Assembly (NCBI GenBank): GCA_947629745.1
Contig: CANREZ010000004.1
Span: 8,808-72,807, forward strand
DNA from: an uncultured Clostridia bacterium
GTDB taxonomy: Bacteria; Bacillota; Clostridia; Christensenellales; UBA1242
DNA length: 64,000 nt
Direction: 5' to 3'
The notes beneath the pieces are model-generated. The model saw only the letters and a list, made by a program, of their open reading frames with translations. It did no database searches and was not told the origin of the DNA. The stretch's first letter is position 1, and each line of letters starts with the position of its first letter. The position numbers and the translations under genes were made by a program. Of the stretch, positions 10,301-19,235 are shown piece by piece.

Positions 10301-13300
10301 TATCTCCGGCATAAATCCTAAGAATATCGGCTGCGGTGATTGTCTCAGTATTTGCTGGCCAAGAGATGAAACTATTGTTGTAATCACTTGAATTGAATGA
10401 ATTACTTGGAGTGTAAGTAGAGTAATTGAAGTCATCGTTAGCTGTTCCAAGTTTTTTGAAATATATCATCTGTGTTTCAAGTGTGCTATTGTTATTTACA
10501 AATTCGGTGGCAGATGAGATTGGGAAGAAATATGATGATTCATAATCTTCTCTATTACTTAGCCATCTATCACTATCTAGCAATCTATCGAAGTTTAGGG
10601 TAGGAGCGGTGCGGTCGATTGTGACCTGTATGTTCGTCTCATGATTGCTGTCATAGTGGACAATCTTTGCCGAGTACGTTCCCTCATGATTGCCACATAT
10701 CTTAGTCATATCGATTGTGTAACGCACGTAATCAGCGCGAGAGTCTTCTACTTGTAGAGCCTCAGGCATCTCCACACCATTGACTGTCAGTTTGTTGCTG
10801 CTATCAATTGACACATTGTAGGTTGTGCCGTTGTAACTAATCTGGATATTAGTTAGATCGATACGAGCCTCAAATATAGTCTTGTAGTCGTTTAGAGTGA
10901 GATACAATTCTTGGTCATTGATATTGTTGTACACGACGTTGCGTACTGTGCCACCTGTGGTCGTCTCATCAGTGAATGTTGGGATGAACGAATGGTTACT
11001 GCCTCTGCTAAACTCAGCGTTTGGCGTGTCGTATTGGATTAGGAAGTTGAACGAGAATTTGCTTGCGATATTCGATGGGTTGTTCTCCTCGAATATATCC
11101 TTCATATGCAGCGATAACGCATAATTTGATGCCGCCTGCACGGTAGTTGTAGCAATTGTGTCTGAGTCCCAATCATCGGTATTAACTTTATTAGGATCTA
11201 CTAACACGCTATCGAGGATATATCTAGTTGCTCCACCATCTACGTATGAGAGTTGCTTGTAGAGTGGGAAGTATGTCTCCTCGTTTAACTTGATTGCATT
11301 CTCTATAAAGTCTTGTGCATTATCACCAGTAATATTTAACGCACTGAGTGCAGCATATGTGTTGTACTTATCTAGTGCAATATTTAGCGTTACTGGCAAT
11401 TTCTTATCAGTAAATGCAAGCGTTGAGGAGTTGTTGATATATGTCTGTAGCAGCGATGCATTTAGCGTCTCAGATACAGTACTGCCTAGTTTGAAACTTG
11501 TCCCGCCACCTACTTGGAATTTTAGTTGATCCTCATCCACAACTGCTGGATCAATGCTAAATACACCAGACCTATCGACAATTATGGTGAAGTACTTAAT
11601 CTTTTTATCCTTGCTGCCCTCTGGCACATCTTGTGAATACGTTCTCTTGATGACATACAGTCCCTCGCGGGTGCTGCCGTTTAGTTCATTTATTGTGCCG
11701 GATGCTACACGGGTATTGCCACTCTCATTTGCTACAGTGTACTTATTGTTACCACCGTTATCAAACGTTAATTGATGCCAGGTAGCGTCCTGTGTGCCAA
11801 ATGGGAATGTGATTTGATTAGTGTCATAGTCATTGCCATTTTCACTAAATAGATTGTTGAAACTTAGTATTCCATTTATATCACTCATGGTTGTGGAACT
11901 GGAGCTAAGCAGAGCAGCATATCTATCTAGACTGAATGGGAAGTATGCATACTGCACACTTGCCACTGTATATGAACTTACATTACTTAGATATGTGAAG
12001 TGCAACTGTGTTGCGCTGACATTACGCCAGAGGATGTTGTTTGCAGCCATCACTTTGCCATTATTGTTCTCCACAAAGATGATGCCAAGGGTGTTATCGA
12101 AGTTCATCTCAACGGTCGTCATCGACTGGTTACCAGCGGCATCAGTCACGCGGATATTTATAGCACCCTCACCACTATACACAGCATTTTGTTGATTAAG
12201 TGGATGTTGCGTTGTATCAGCGAAGTATTGTAAGAATTTATGTACAGTAGGGGAGTAAGTGGTTGGAGTGAGGTTAGTTACTGATCCTCCCTCACTTGCT
12301 AGACTGCCATCTACAAGTACATCGGATATTCCAACAAACACATAGTTCTTATTTGAACCATTATTCTGTTGTTCAATAGGAGTTTTGTCATCAGTTGCTT
12401 CAGAACCTTTTACAATTCCCGTGTCACTTGCGGTGTTTGTAGCCTTGCCTAAGATACCAAGTATTTCGCGAGAAACTTTTGTTCCATCGCTATCAGCATA
12501 TCCATCAATCTCAAAGGCTTTGTTTGCCGACCAATACACTGTGGTGTCATTGGTGATTATATTTAGACTATTAGTTGCCTTAGGATGTAGATAGATATAT
12601 GGTTGAGATTTGTCTATCATCACTGGGATATTTGCCTCATTGCCTGCTTGATCTACTAAGTGGAAGTAATATATAGTGGACGTTGCAGTGTAGAGGATTT
12701 GGCTATTTAGAGGATTCGTCACACTCGTGCTGCCATATGCATCACCGTTGTAGTTGTATGGCGTCCATGCAGCATTAGTGTTATCAAATATATCTTTCAT
12801 AGCAGAGAGGCTAATCTTATAGTCAGTTGATACGCCTCCGCCGATATTGTTATTTGTCAAGATATATTTCTTAGCAGCGTTGCTATCATAGCTTAGTTGA
12901 TAAGACTTGTAAGATACGCTAATCCTTGCACCACTTTGTTTTTGGAAGAAATGCAATCCAAAAGCATTGCTGGTGATATTAGGCTTAGTTACAGGATTTC
13001 CTGTAGCAGAGTCTATATTCCATAGATATCCACCATTGCTCGATAGTGCGTCATACACTTGGATATCCCCAATAGGTGTGGTGTCTATCACAAAGGTGTA
13101 GACTATCTCTGCGAGCTTGCCATACTTTACCACAAACTCATAGTTGCCGTCATCGGTTAATGTGGTGTAACTATCTTGATTGCTACCTGCGAAGTAACTC
13201 TCGAATTGGTCATTTGACACGACAGGAGTGTACTCAGCGTTTGTAGTCTCGAAGCTCTTCCTCCTAATCTCCACTTCGTATGGAGAGCAGAAGTAACTAT

Positions 13301-15236
13301 AATTTAGATAGTTTGCATACTCAGTTTTCTTTGCACTGTCGCCATTAGAGCTATCCACTTTCTCTGGATTGTAGCCCACGGTCATCACGACGTTTTTGTT
13401 GGTGAAGAATGGACTGGATAGCGGTGCGGTGTCATGGTTATTTTCATTCATTGTGAGTATTGCGGTCTTTGGCTGGCCATCGGTCTTAGCGAATATGAAG
13501 TACTCGCTATACACATTGGTTGAGCGCTCGTTGAATGTGAATGAAATCTTGATGATGTAGAATCCTGCTTCCATTCCAAACGTGTTGTTGAAATACAAGT
13601 TCGTTGTGGAGGTTGGGCTCTCTTGTGCTTTAAATTCCTCAATCGTGCGTGCATTGTAGTAATATATCTTGCTAACCGGTGTGTTGCCCTCTAGTGCAGC
13701 CAATCCGTATACATCGAAGTGCAATCCAGATAAATTAGTGCTTGGGATTAACAAGTCACTGAATTTGTCATATTGACTTGAACCATTAGTACCATTTTTG
13801 TCACTTAGTGACTTGTAGATATTGCTGTTGCTGTCTGTGGTCACTTGATAAACATTCATTCTTGCGGTGTAGTTAGCATCGAATGTGTAACCATCCTGTG
13901 AGTAATACATAGGGATAGTTTGCAGTGAACCATCAATATTTTTCTCAGCATAAAGCCTTGCGCCATACACGTGTAGCTCAAAGTTTTCACCAACTACGTT
14001 GCTTGCATCACTCAATATTTTTCCGTTGTATGCACAAGGTATGTCTAGCACGCGGTATCCATCATTGGTCAGTATCTGGTAACTAGCCGTGAAGTAGTAG
14101 GTCGATAGGTCGTAGAATACTAGTCTTGCGATATAATGGTTCACTCCATTAATCTTGGTAGGGGATACCTCTAGTGTCTGCTCAGGTTGTCCCTCGGTCG
14201 TTATATGTAATGTACGTTTGCCATCACTATCTCGAGTAACAGATGTGTCATATAGCACACGGGTCTCTCGTTGTTTGTAGAATGATAGGTGATAGTTGTC
14301 TATATCATACTCTAGAGTTGGACGAGTCGACTGATTGTCGTAGTAGAAATATGCGAGTTCGTTGTCGTCATTGAGTTTCACATCGTTGTCTGTGGTCTCA
14401 CTCTCGGTATCTGGCATAGAGTAATTTAGGAACTCAGGGTAGTTGTTGTATGTCTTTTCACCTTCACCTGTATAACTAGTAGCGAATTGTTCATCAGAGA
14501 ATAGGTAGAAGGAGTATTCGTATTTTAAGTTGTTGACACTCTGACCCAGTTGGTCAAAATTACTATTTGAATTATTCTTGTCCAATCTTAGATAAGAATA
14601 GATGAAAGATAGTGTGTACTGACCGGTCTCTACGTTACTGAGCAAGCTGTATTTATTTAGGTCAATGACTCCAACGAAATAACTAGTATTTATGGAGTTG
14701 CTCCCACCTGTTTTTTCTGATCCGTTGATGATACCTAGTTTATCGTTCTTCTCTTCGCCACCATTTTTATATTCAGATAGACTAATTGATGTGTCACCGT
14801 TAATTGTGAGAGTGACTGAGGTGATATTGGTGTAGTATTTGCTATTTTTATCAGCAGATGATACTTCATAAGCTGTCTGGCCGTTGGTAGCATTCTCAGG
14901 ATAAGCGAAGCTAATGTATAGCACATCGGTTGTATTTTGATTCTTGTAGGTCTCTAGCATCACATCATCGCCAGGGTTAACGTTGGTTGATGAGTCTATG
15001 TATGAATTACTGGATGTGCCTTGGGCTTCCTTTATCACATCATCCCAGTGGTCCTTTGGATTGGAAGAAAAAGACAAATGTTGTACCTTTAGAGGTTGGC
15101 CTTCACCCAGGGTAGTGACCAGGGTTTCGCCTTCGGCATTGTATCTATACGTTTTATCATAAACTAATACACATCCAAGCACTAAGCATAGCACGGACAT
15201 GATGATAGCGGATATTCTTGCATACACCTTTGACAT
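7380..15236 (-). CDS. Giant (2618-aa) surface protein with an N-terminal signal/lipobox-like sequence and a C-terminal TM anchor; candidate T4SS-associated adhesin
   Basis: ATG at 15236 lies 8 nt after GTGGAGAG; the tracked GTG at 15251 is part of that RBS. The N-terminus is MSKVYARISAIIMSVLCLVLGC (hydrophobic core ending VLGC). The C-terminus is AAIIVIVIASVAVVAGVVIFFVLRRRMKVK. The body is N/T/S/Y-rich and beta-rich, with no enzymatic motif seen. The gene is co-oriented with and downstream of traG. Confidence 0.85.
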   Translation of the reverse strand: MSKVYARISAIIMSVLCLVLGCVLVYDKTYRYNAEGETLVTTLGEGQPLKVQHLSFSSNPKDHWDDVIKEAQGTSSNSYIDSSTNVNPGDDVMLETYKNQNTTDVLYISFAYPENATNGQTAYEVSSADKNSKYYTNITSVTLTINGDTSISLSEYKNGGEEKNDKLGIINGSEKTGGSNSINTSYFVGVIDLNKYSLLSNVETGQYTLSFIYSYLRLDKNNSNSNFDQLGQSVNNLKYEYSFYLFSDEQFATSYTGEGEKTYNNYPEFLNYSMPDTESETTDNDVKLNDDNELAYFYYDNQSTRPTLEYDIDNYHLSFYKQRETRVLYDTSVTRDSDGKRTLHITTEGQPEQTLEVSPTKINGVNHYIARLVFYDLSTYYFTASYQILTNDGYRVLDIPCAYNGKILSDASNVVGENFELHVYGARLYAEKNIDGSLQTIPMYYSQDGYTFDANYTARMNVYQVTTDSNSNIYKSLSDKNGTNGSSQYDKFSDLLIPSTNLSGLHFDVYGLAALEGNTPVSKIYYYNARTIEEFKAQESPTSTTNLYFNNTFGMEAGFYIIKISFTFNERSTNVYSEYFIFAKTDGQPKTAILTMNENNHDTAPLSSPFFTNKNVVMTVGYNPEKVDSSNGDSAKKTEYANYLNYSYFCSPYEVEIRRKSFETTNAEYTPVVSNDQFESYFAGSNQDSYTTLTDDGNYEFVVKYGKLAEIVYTFVIDTTPIGDIQVYDALSSNGGYLWNIDSATGNPVTKPNITSNAFGLHFFQKQSGARISVSYKSYQLSYDSNAAKKYILTNNNIGGGVSTDYKISLSAMKDIFDNTNAAWTPYNYNGDAYGSTSVTNPLNSQILYTATSTIYYFHLVDQAGNEANIPVMIDKSQPYIYLHPKATNSLNIITNDTTVYWSANKAFEIDGYADSDGTKVSREILGILGKATNTASDTGIVKGSEATDDKTPIEQQNNGSNKNYVFVGISDVLVDGSLASEGGSVTNLTPTTYSPTVHKFLQYFADTTQHPLNQQNAVYSGEGAINIRVTDAAGNQSMTTVEMNFDNTLGIIFVENNNGKVMAANNILWRNVSATQLHFTYLSNVSSYTVASVQYAYFPFSLDRYAALLSSSSTTMSDINGILSFNNLFSENGNDYDTNQITFPFGTQDATWHQLTFDNGGNNKYTVANESGNTRVASGTINELNGSTREGLYVIKRTYSQDVPEGSKDKKIKYFTIIVDRSGVFSIDPAVVDEDQLKFQVGGGTSFKLGSTVSETLNASLLQTYINNSSTLAFTDKKLPVTLNIALDKYNTYAALSALNITGDNAQDFIENAIKLNEETYFPLYKQLSYVDGGATRYILDSVLVDPNKVNTDDWDSDTIATTTVQAASNYALSLHMKDIFEENNPSNIASKFSFNFLIQYDTPNAEFSRGSNHSFIPTFTDETTTGGTVRNVVYNNINDQELYLTLNDYKTIFEARIDLTNIQISYNGTTYNVSIDSSNKLTVNGVEMPEALQVEDSRADYVRYTIDMTKICGNHEGTYSAKIVHYDSNHETNIQVTIDRTAPTLNFDRLLDSDRWLSNREDYESSYFFPISSATEFVNNNSTLETQMIYFKKLGTANDDFNYSTYTPSNSFNSSDYNNSFISWPANTETITAADILRIYAGDIAGYYEFVEVDQAGNYTKYVVHLSDGANTFAPTLRYTNLGTNTYSNVTPSDEAINGQGLELVTMSGAVDGWQRVTISDENGTLYDIKNDPRINGIESFDAFIAEFNSAIAAIEADTAKTSYSFNIRFINRYDSTYDLAFVYTIPTPILKIVPVQLSANEFSITIPRDTVPGGKTELVRFEVYQFTNNAWNLLSQDARGKAIPSHPNADDVFVFGVGAYKFTTLDNFDRLSEEYYAFGVQYTVDIDYGAWSHVTIDDVNYTAHHVTMTFPSPTYQSTISYMDPNNSYLGWQTYNTTSPLSFADITISEINSLRTITVVLRSGDVKSFRFRIELVTNGQFDTEGHPLTSFYEFEITHELQNIIVTNVGDEVISGISRDRNNPTEISEDFKVTWSDGRFGATVRVERTYFDSTLNRNITQVIDNVTKGYTLTLEGTYRLSITNGLGYSDTSNDLYIRKIISNLSTYAVIGVVNGIEQRFTASPLAAVYNTRPLHTFYVTSIFDKPESDELNITFDGDTTGDISGNYILIRVNRNNNLVVERVANSNNRNLFRIYGTGSMGAERYVEIIRIASESNIAHPSFTDMDIAGEDGVIEGISDMRLATSGVVVTFDAFYSVPGNMVQADYYYNGHYVQTYYTTAAEKFTLSITTTGRHRLEFYDLAGNRQVFGTNNYVEFYIINAVEFMINEDTPIEGYITNSGVTLTLSNRSLYASTSPEVTATLNGNTITATNIGAGGGYVYSFNDPGRYSVSITSFVTDSRKPNDTPTPIMTKYNFVIISPTIATSFVSISSNLGFTIDRVSKGANENYEIPNDNSLILSSTLTGNDTYHVYVTARLAGYNETRAFDFVVWINDENPAVSASIDFGTSTSKEIVVYYNTNVIYSQIGDSYITATGYGTPIEINAETAGENVRRELTLRTVGDNWIQIFTKEGQLVASYKLTRTQPLNTAAIIVIVIASVAVVAGVVIFFVLRRRMKVK

Positions 15237-15280
15237 ATTCTTACTCTCCACTTTTAATTACCTTTTAGTCTTTTGACCTT

Positions 15281-15297
15281 TTGTCATTTCATGACAA
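15281..15297 (-). promoter_or_regulatory. Perfect 7-3-7 palindrome in the 5' leader of the giant gene (operator or 5' stabilising hairpin)
   Basis: TTGTCAT-TTC-ATGACAA lies between the predicted promoter (15318-15346) and the RBS. Confidence 0.3.
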
Positions 15298-15317
15298 ATT
15301 ATGTAATTCTTTAATAC

Positions 15318-15346
15318 ATTTTAGCATACCAAAAAATTTTTACCAA
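15318..15346 (-). promoter_or_regulatory. Predicted promoter of the giant surface-protein gene
   Basis: The minus strand reads TTGGTA, a 17-nt spacer, then TAAAAT, with TGC immediately upstream of the -10 (extended -10). Confidence 0.5.
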
Positions 15347-15423
15347 ATAATTATTATATATTTTAATATATATACTTATTATACGAAATCCTTTAGGTCT
15401 TATACTTTAGAGGTTTTTTGGCA

Positions 15424-15448
15424 CAAAAAAATCCCTATTTCTAGGGAT
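15424..15448 (-). terminator. Rho-independent terminator of traG (minus strand)
   Basis: Stem ATCCCTA / TAGGGAT with a 4-nt loop. The A7 run on the plus strand is a T7 run on the minus strand downstream of the stem. Confidence 0.75.
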
Positions 15449-15468
15449 TTTGCAATTATTATTAGTTA

Positions 15469-17502
15469 TTAGAATCCGCCGAAGCCGCCAAACCCGCCGA
15501 AGCCGCTCTTCCTCTGTGGGAGGACTACTTGGTTACGATTGCGGATATCGTAGAGCACTTGGGTCTCATCGAAGAATCCAGCTAGCGTCCTATCTGGCTC
15601 AGGCCTACGCATATCAAAGAATTCAGAGAGTTTGTAGGATGGTTGGAATGGCGCTTTGATAGGAGGTTCCTTTAGGATAGAGACTATGAGGTCTTCCTTT
15701 AGCGAACCTAATTCGTCTGGGTAGATAAGTGGACGTTGTTCCTTGCTAACTTGTGTTGAGGAGCTCTTACTCTTCTTGTCACCCTCACCGCTAGATGAAG
15801 ACGACTTTGTTGTCGTGGTGACTGTGGTGTTACCGCAACGCTCAGAGAACGCTTTCTTCGTCTCATCATCGTTTGAGGCAATATACACGTGCATATTGCA
15901 GTTGTCACGCACGATGGCTGCCACTTCGTTGCCATACTTGGTATTTAGCTGAGTGTAGGATTGTAGTATCAGACAGAAGAATATGTGACGAGAACGTGCC
16001 ACAGTGATCTTGTTGTCAAACCTATCAATTGGTGGCATATTCGCGAACTCATCTAGGATGAAGTACGTTGGATGTTTTAGATAGGCCTTTTGGTCGTCAT
16101 TTGCTATTCTACCATTCTCACGAGCAATCTCAGTTAAGGTCTTGTACAATTGTGAGATGAATAGAGTAGCTATCTTGTGCCTACCTACTTTCTCATCAGG
16201 AATCTTGATGAACAATGCAGTAGATTGGTCGTCAAAGTGGGATAGGTCCATCTCATTTGCACTAGTGCAGTAGCATATACCTGCATCGGTAAACGGCTCT
16301 AGATAACCAGAGGAGATAGATAGGTAGTTTTGCTTGGTCTTATCGCTATTCTTTATAACCTCACTGGATAGATTCACCGAGTGACAAGTCACAGGCCTGC
16401 CGTTGAAATAATCCGTGATGGACAACATATCGTTATTTGGGTCATTATCTCGGTAGTTTGCAATCTGCGCTACGTTAAAGAAATTGAATTTGTCCCTTGT
16501 CATGCCAAGGTCTGGATTATCGCTATCCTCTAGCATAGCGAGCATCACGGCGTTAACGAAGTTTTTTGCACCCATTTCCCAACGTGGGTCATTCTTTGAC
16601 TCGACGATACACAGCGCTTCGCAAATTTCTTTTAGTTCAGCCTCTGCAAGCACTCTGTATTGTTGCTGAGATGCTGTTAGTGCGCGCTCGAGATCTTCCT
16701 TTGTAGCATAAGCATTTCCCTCATATTCGTACCATGGGGAAGTGTATGTGACGTCTTTTGAATAAGCAAGGGTCGGGTAACTACTTGGCTGGTCACCCAT
16801 GTTGTGCACGCCCACGCGCTGCTTTGCTGTGCGTGCTTTTTCCCACAAATTGTATGCTCGCTCCATAGGATTCCACCTAGTGGATTTGAATGGTTCATCT
16901 AGGTTAAAGACCATCACACGGTAGCCTTGTTTCCTCAGTTTCTCACTGTGGAGGTTGTACAATTCACCTTTTGGGTCAGTGATGACAATGCTTGGCTTTG
17001 CAGCGCTCTCACTGAATATTTGTATCAAAGGATTGACGAATTGCGTAGTTTTACCAGCACCGGTAGTACCTATGACCAGACAGTGTAGGTCTTTATCATA
17101 CATGTTGACTATGAGTTTGCCATTTTTCTTTTCCACACGCAGAGGGAAACCAACTTTTTTCGAATATTTCAATTTATCATAAGTGGTGAACATATACCTT
17201 GGGGTGTCGTGCAATTCTTTTTCCGTGCACCAATGTTGGTCATAGAATTTGTCCTTATCGGTCTTCACACTCGATCCACCCGAGTCGTCCATCTTCTTTA
17301 GAGCACCTTTTACGCATATTAGTATGGCGATGGCAAGACCCACACCACCTAGCATCAGCGCAAATCCTGAGAAGAAGTCGCTCGCAGCGAGGTTGAATCC
17401 ATCCGATCCGCTGCCAGTCAGACCATTCAGGAATGCTCCTACTAGCACACCAGCGATAGCTCCTCCCAAACACGATATTAGATATTTAACAAAATTTTTC
17501 AT
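15469..17502 (-). CDS. traG: Type IV coupling protein (TraG/VirD4 family ATPase)
   Basis: N-terminal TM helices are followed by Walker A VIGTTGAGKTT, DPKGE, Walker B YFILDEFANMPPI and RSRHIFFCLILQSYTQL, in the order typical of TraG/VirD4. RBS GAGGG. The C-terminus is an unusual GFGGFGGFGGF. Confidence 0.9.
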   Translation of the reverse strand: MKNFVKYLISCLGGAIAGVLVGAFLNGLTGSGSDGFNLAASDFFSGFALMLGGVGLAIAILICVKGALKKMDDSGGSSVKTDKDKFYDQHWCTEKELHDTPRYMFTTYDKLKYSKKVGFPLRVEKKNGKLIVNMYDKDLHCLVIGTTGAGKTTQFVNPLIQIFSESAAKPSIVITDPKGELYNLHSEKLRKQGYRVMVFNLDEPFKSTRWNPMERAYNLWEKARTAKQRVGVHNMGDQPSSYPTLAYSKDVTYTSPWYEYEGNAYATKEDLERALTASQQQYRVLAEAELKEICEALCIVESKNDPRWEMGAKNFVNAVMLAMLEDSDNPDLGMTRDKFNFFNVAQIANYRDNDPNNDMLSITDYFNGRPVTCHSVNLSSEVIKNSDKTKQNYLSISSGYLEPFTDAGICYCTSANEMDLSHFDDQSTALFIKIPDEKVGRHKIATLFISQLYKTLTEIARENGRIANDDQKAYLKHPTYFILDEFANMPPIDRFDNKITVARSRHIFFCLILQSYTQLNTKYGNEVAAIVRDNCNMHVYIASNDDETKKAFSERCGNTTVTTTTKSSSSSGEGDKKSKSSSTQVSKEQRPLIYPDELGSLKEDLIVSILKEPPIKAPFQPSYKLSEFFDMRRPEPDRTLAGFFDETQVLYDIRNRNQVVLPQRKSGFGGFGGFGGF

Positions 17503-17604
17503 AAAACCCTCAACTAGATTTCACTATTATACACTAGTATAATAAAATTTCCTTATTCTTGTCAAAAAATTGTAAGGAGTTTTTTATTCTTTGTGGAGGT
17601 AAGG

Positions 17605-17861
17605 GATGTGACACGCCAGTGTCCTTGAGTATAGTGAGATTATCCATGAAAATGCGACGTAAAACATAACTGTGTATCAACTTTATTCTAATTTAAGGCG
17701 CCCCGTAGTAGGGGGAGCTGTTGGCTCTTGCCAACTGAGGGGATTGTACTCAATTATGACCTTTTTATATAGGCCGCCCTTAGTAAAGGGGGCTGGATGC
17801 GTTAGCAGACTGAGGGGATTGAGCCGACTTTTATCCCTCTTTGTGCCAACTTTATGCCCAC
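17605..17861. repeat. Repeat mosaic A in the traG/pilin divergent spacer (b1 partial, a1, a2 modules)
   Basis: b1 is at 17605-17640 (GATGTGACACGCCAGTGTCCTTGAGTATA). a1 is at 17695-17746 and a2 at 17771-17823, both of the type AAGGCGCCCCGTAGTAGGGGGAGCTG-hairpin-CTGAGGGGATTG. A TGCCAACTTTATGCCCAC tail resembles the b-module end. Confidence 0.8.
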
Positions 17862-18141
17862 TAATAGAAAGTAGCTACCATATTTTTTCATTTCTTATAA
17901 TTTGCTTGTCATCATCAAGGGACATATCGTGCCATCTGATGGGACTAATGTCGACTTCTATCTCCCTCCATATTTTCCTACTCCACCCATCTTTTCTATA
18001 TATTACTATAATAATTATAAATATAAGAATATATGTATAAATATCCAAGTAATTTGGCGCACGTTGTGGCACTTTATGCATTAGGATTTATAAAGAAATG
18101 GCAATTGTAGTAAAAAATTTTATAAAACGTGTGAAAAATAT

Positions 18142-18170
18142 TTGACGATGGGCACGGTATTCGCTAAAAT
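18142..18170 (+). promoter_or_regulatory. Predicted promoter of pilin-like gene 1
   Basis: TTGACG (18142-18147), a 17-nt spacer, then TAAAAT (18165-18170), about 45 nt before the ATG. Confidence 0.6.
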
Positions 18171-18216
18171 ATACTTAAGATTGGTAGCAGCGCATGCTAC
18201 TATATGGGAGGGGAAA

Positions 18217-18555
18217 ATGACAAAGTTCTTAACTTTACTAGGAGAGGTTGAATCTGTTCAGGCACAAGATTGGTACACAAAAATCCTAAAGCCAATTTTG
18301 GATGGAGTTAGAATTGCATTGATTCCTATCATAATAATTGCAGCAGCTGCTGGAACAGGCTACGCAATTTGGTTAGGTGTCAAACTTGCAAAGGCTGATA
18401 GCGATGACGAGCGTACCGAGGCAAAGAAGAAGATGATTTACTTCATCATTGCATTCGTTGTGACAATTATCCTGTTAGTTGTGTTACAGATTCTTGCAAG
18501 TAATGTACAAGTTATCTATGACTTGGCAACTAAAACACAAGATGCTGCAGCATAA
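18217..18555 (+). CDS. Small 2-TM membrane protein, VirB2/TrbC pilin-like T4SS component (paralogue 1)
   Basis: ATG 18217 follows GGGAGGGG. Two hydrophobic helices are separated by a charged loop: IPIIIIAAAAGTGYAIWLGVKLAKADSDDERTEAKKKMIYFIIAFVVTIILLVVL. This is collinear with IPAGGTVYAVSIGIKLARADGEESRKEVKKRLVNSIIGLVAVIGLFIILFLYF in ORF 19236-19730. Confidence 0.7.
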   Translation: MTKFLTLLGEVESVQAQDWYTKILKPILDGVRIALIPIIIIAAAAGTGYAIWLGVKLAKADSDDERTEAKKKMIYFIIAFVVTIILLVVLQILASNVQVIYDLATKTQDAAA

Positions 18556-18579
18556 TGAGCAAAAATTTAGTAGAAAAAG

Positions 18580-18606
18580 TAGAGCCGTGAGGCTCTATTT
18601 TTTTTG
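18580..18606 (+). terminator. Rho-independent terminator of pilin-like gene 1
   Basis: Stem TAGAGCC / GGCTCTA with loop GTGA, followed by a T9 run. Confidence 0.85.
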
Positions 18607-18666
18607 TGCATGAGGGTGAGGGATAAAAATTAAAGTTGGTACATAATGTAGGCAAGAATGCTGATT

Positions 18667-18868
18667 GATGTGGCATGCCACTGTCCTTGATTATAATAAA
18701 GTATGTTTGTTTGATTATTCAAAGGAATGAAGTTGGTATGTGGAATAGGCTCTAGTTCCCACCTTAATACCAACTTTGTTACCCACATTCTAATAATAAA
18801 GTGATGGTAGAGTTGTCTTAAATTGTTATAGATAACTCATTACACTTTAGGAGAGTGGCGTGCCACAC
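18667..18868. repeat. Palindromic element formed by b2 (+) and b3 (-) modules
   Basis: b2 at 18667-18743 and a diverged reverse-complement copy b3 at 18761-18868 are separated by 17 nt. The termini are GTGGCATGCCACTGTCC and GGAGAGTGGCGTGCCAC. There is an internal AAGTTGGTATGTGG / CCAC..ATACCAACTT pairing. The a4 fragment ACTGAGGGGGATTGAG follows at 18867-18882. Confidence 0.8.
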
Positions 18869-19235
18869 TGAGGGGGATTGAGTGTGCTTACGTGCTCGCC
18901 TTGGTACCAACACTTAACCTATCTATATACTATCTGGTCAAATTGATAGTTGCACAAACTACCACGATGTTCCCATAAACACTAATACTATTGTCAATAA
19001 GCATCTATATTATGACAAAAACGCATTAAATTAGAGCAACAAAGAAACCGCCAAGATATGAGGAAGGGAGAGTGGTTATGATCACTATAATTTTCCCATA
19101 CGGCGTCATACTCTAGAGAGTGTGTAACTAGATATAATTATGTGGAATAAATATGAATCAATAATAATTTAGATACGAATTGTATAGACAAGATAATATT
19201 TTTGGTGTAAAATATGATATATGAGGTATGAAAAT

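Noticed and set aside
15450-15659. A 69-aa plus-strand Arg/Ser-rich ORF.
   Set aside because: It is antisense to the traG 3' end, including the GGC/TTC repeat that encodes the FGG tail. It starts inside the traG terminator region.
17672-18040. A 122-aa plus-strand ORF sharing RRPVVGGA...LRGL with ORF 19865-20137, which looks like a conserved small-protein family.
   Set aside because: The shared peptide is just the translation of the repeated a-module DNA (AAGGCGCCCCGTAGTAGGGGGAGCTG ... CTGAGGGGATTG). There is no RBS, the composition is low-complexity, and similarity ends where the DNA repeat ends.
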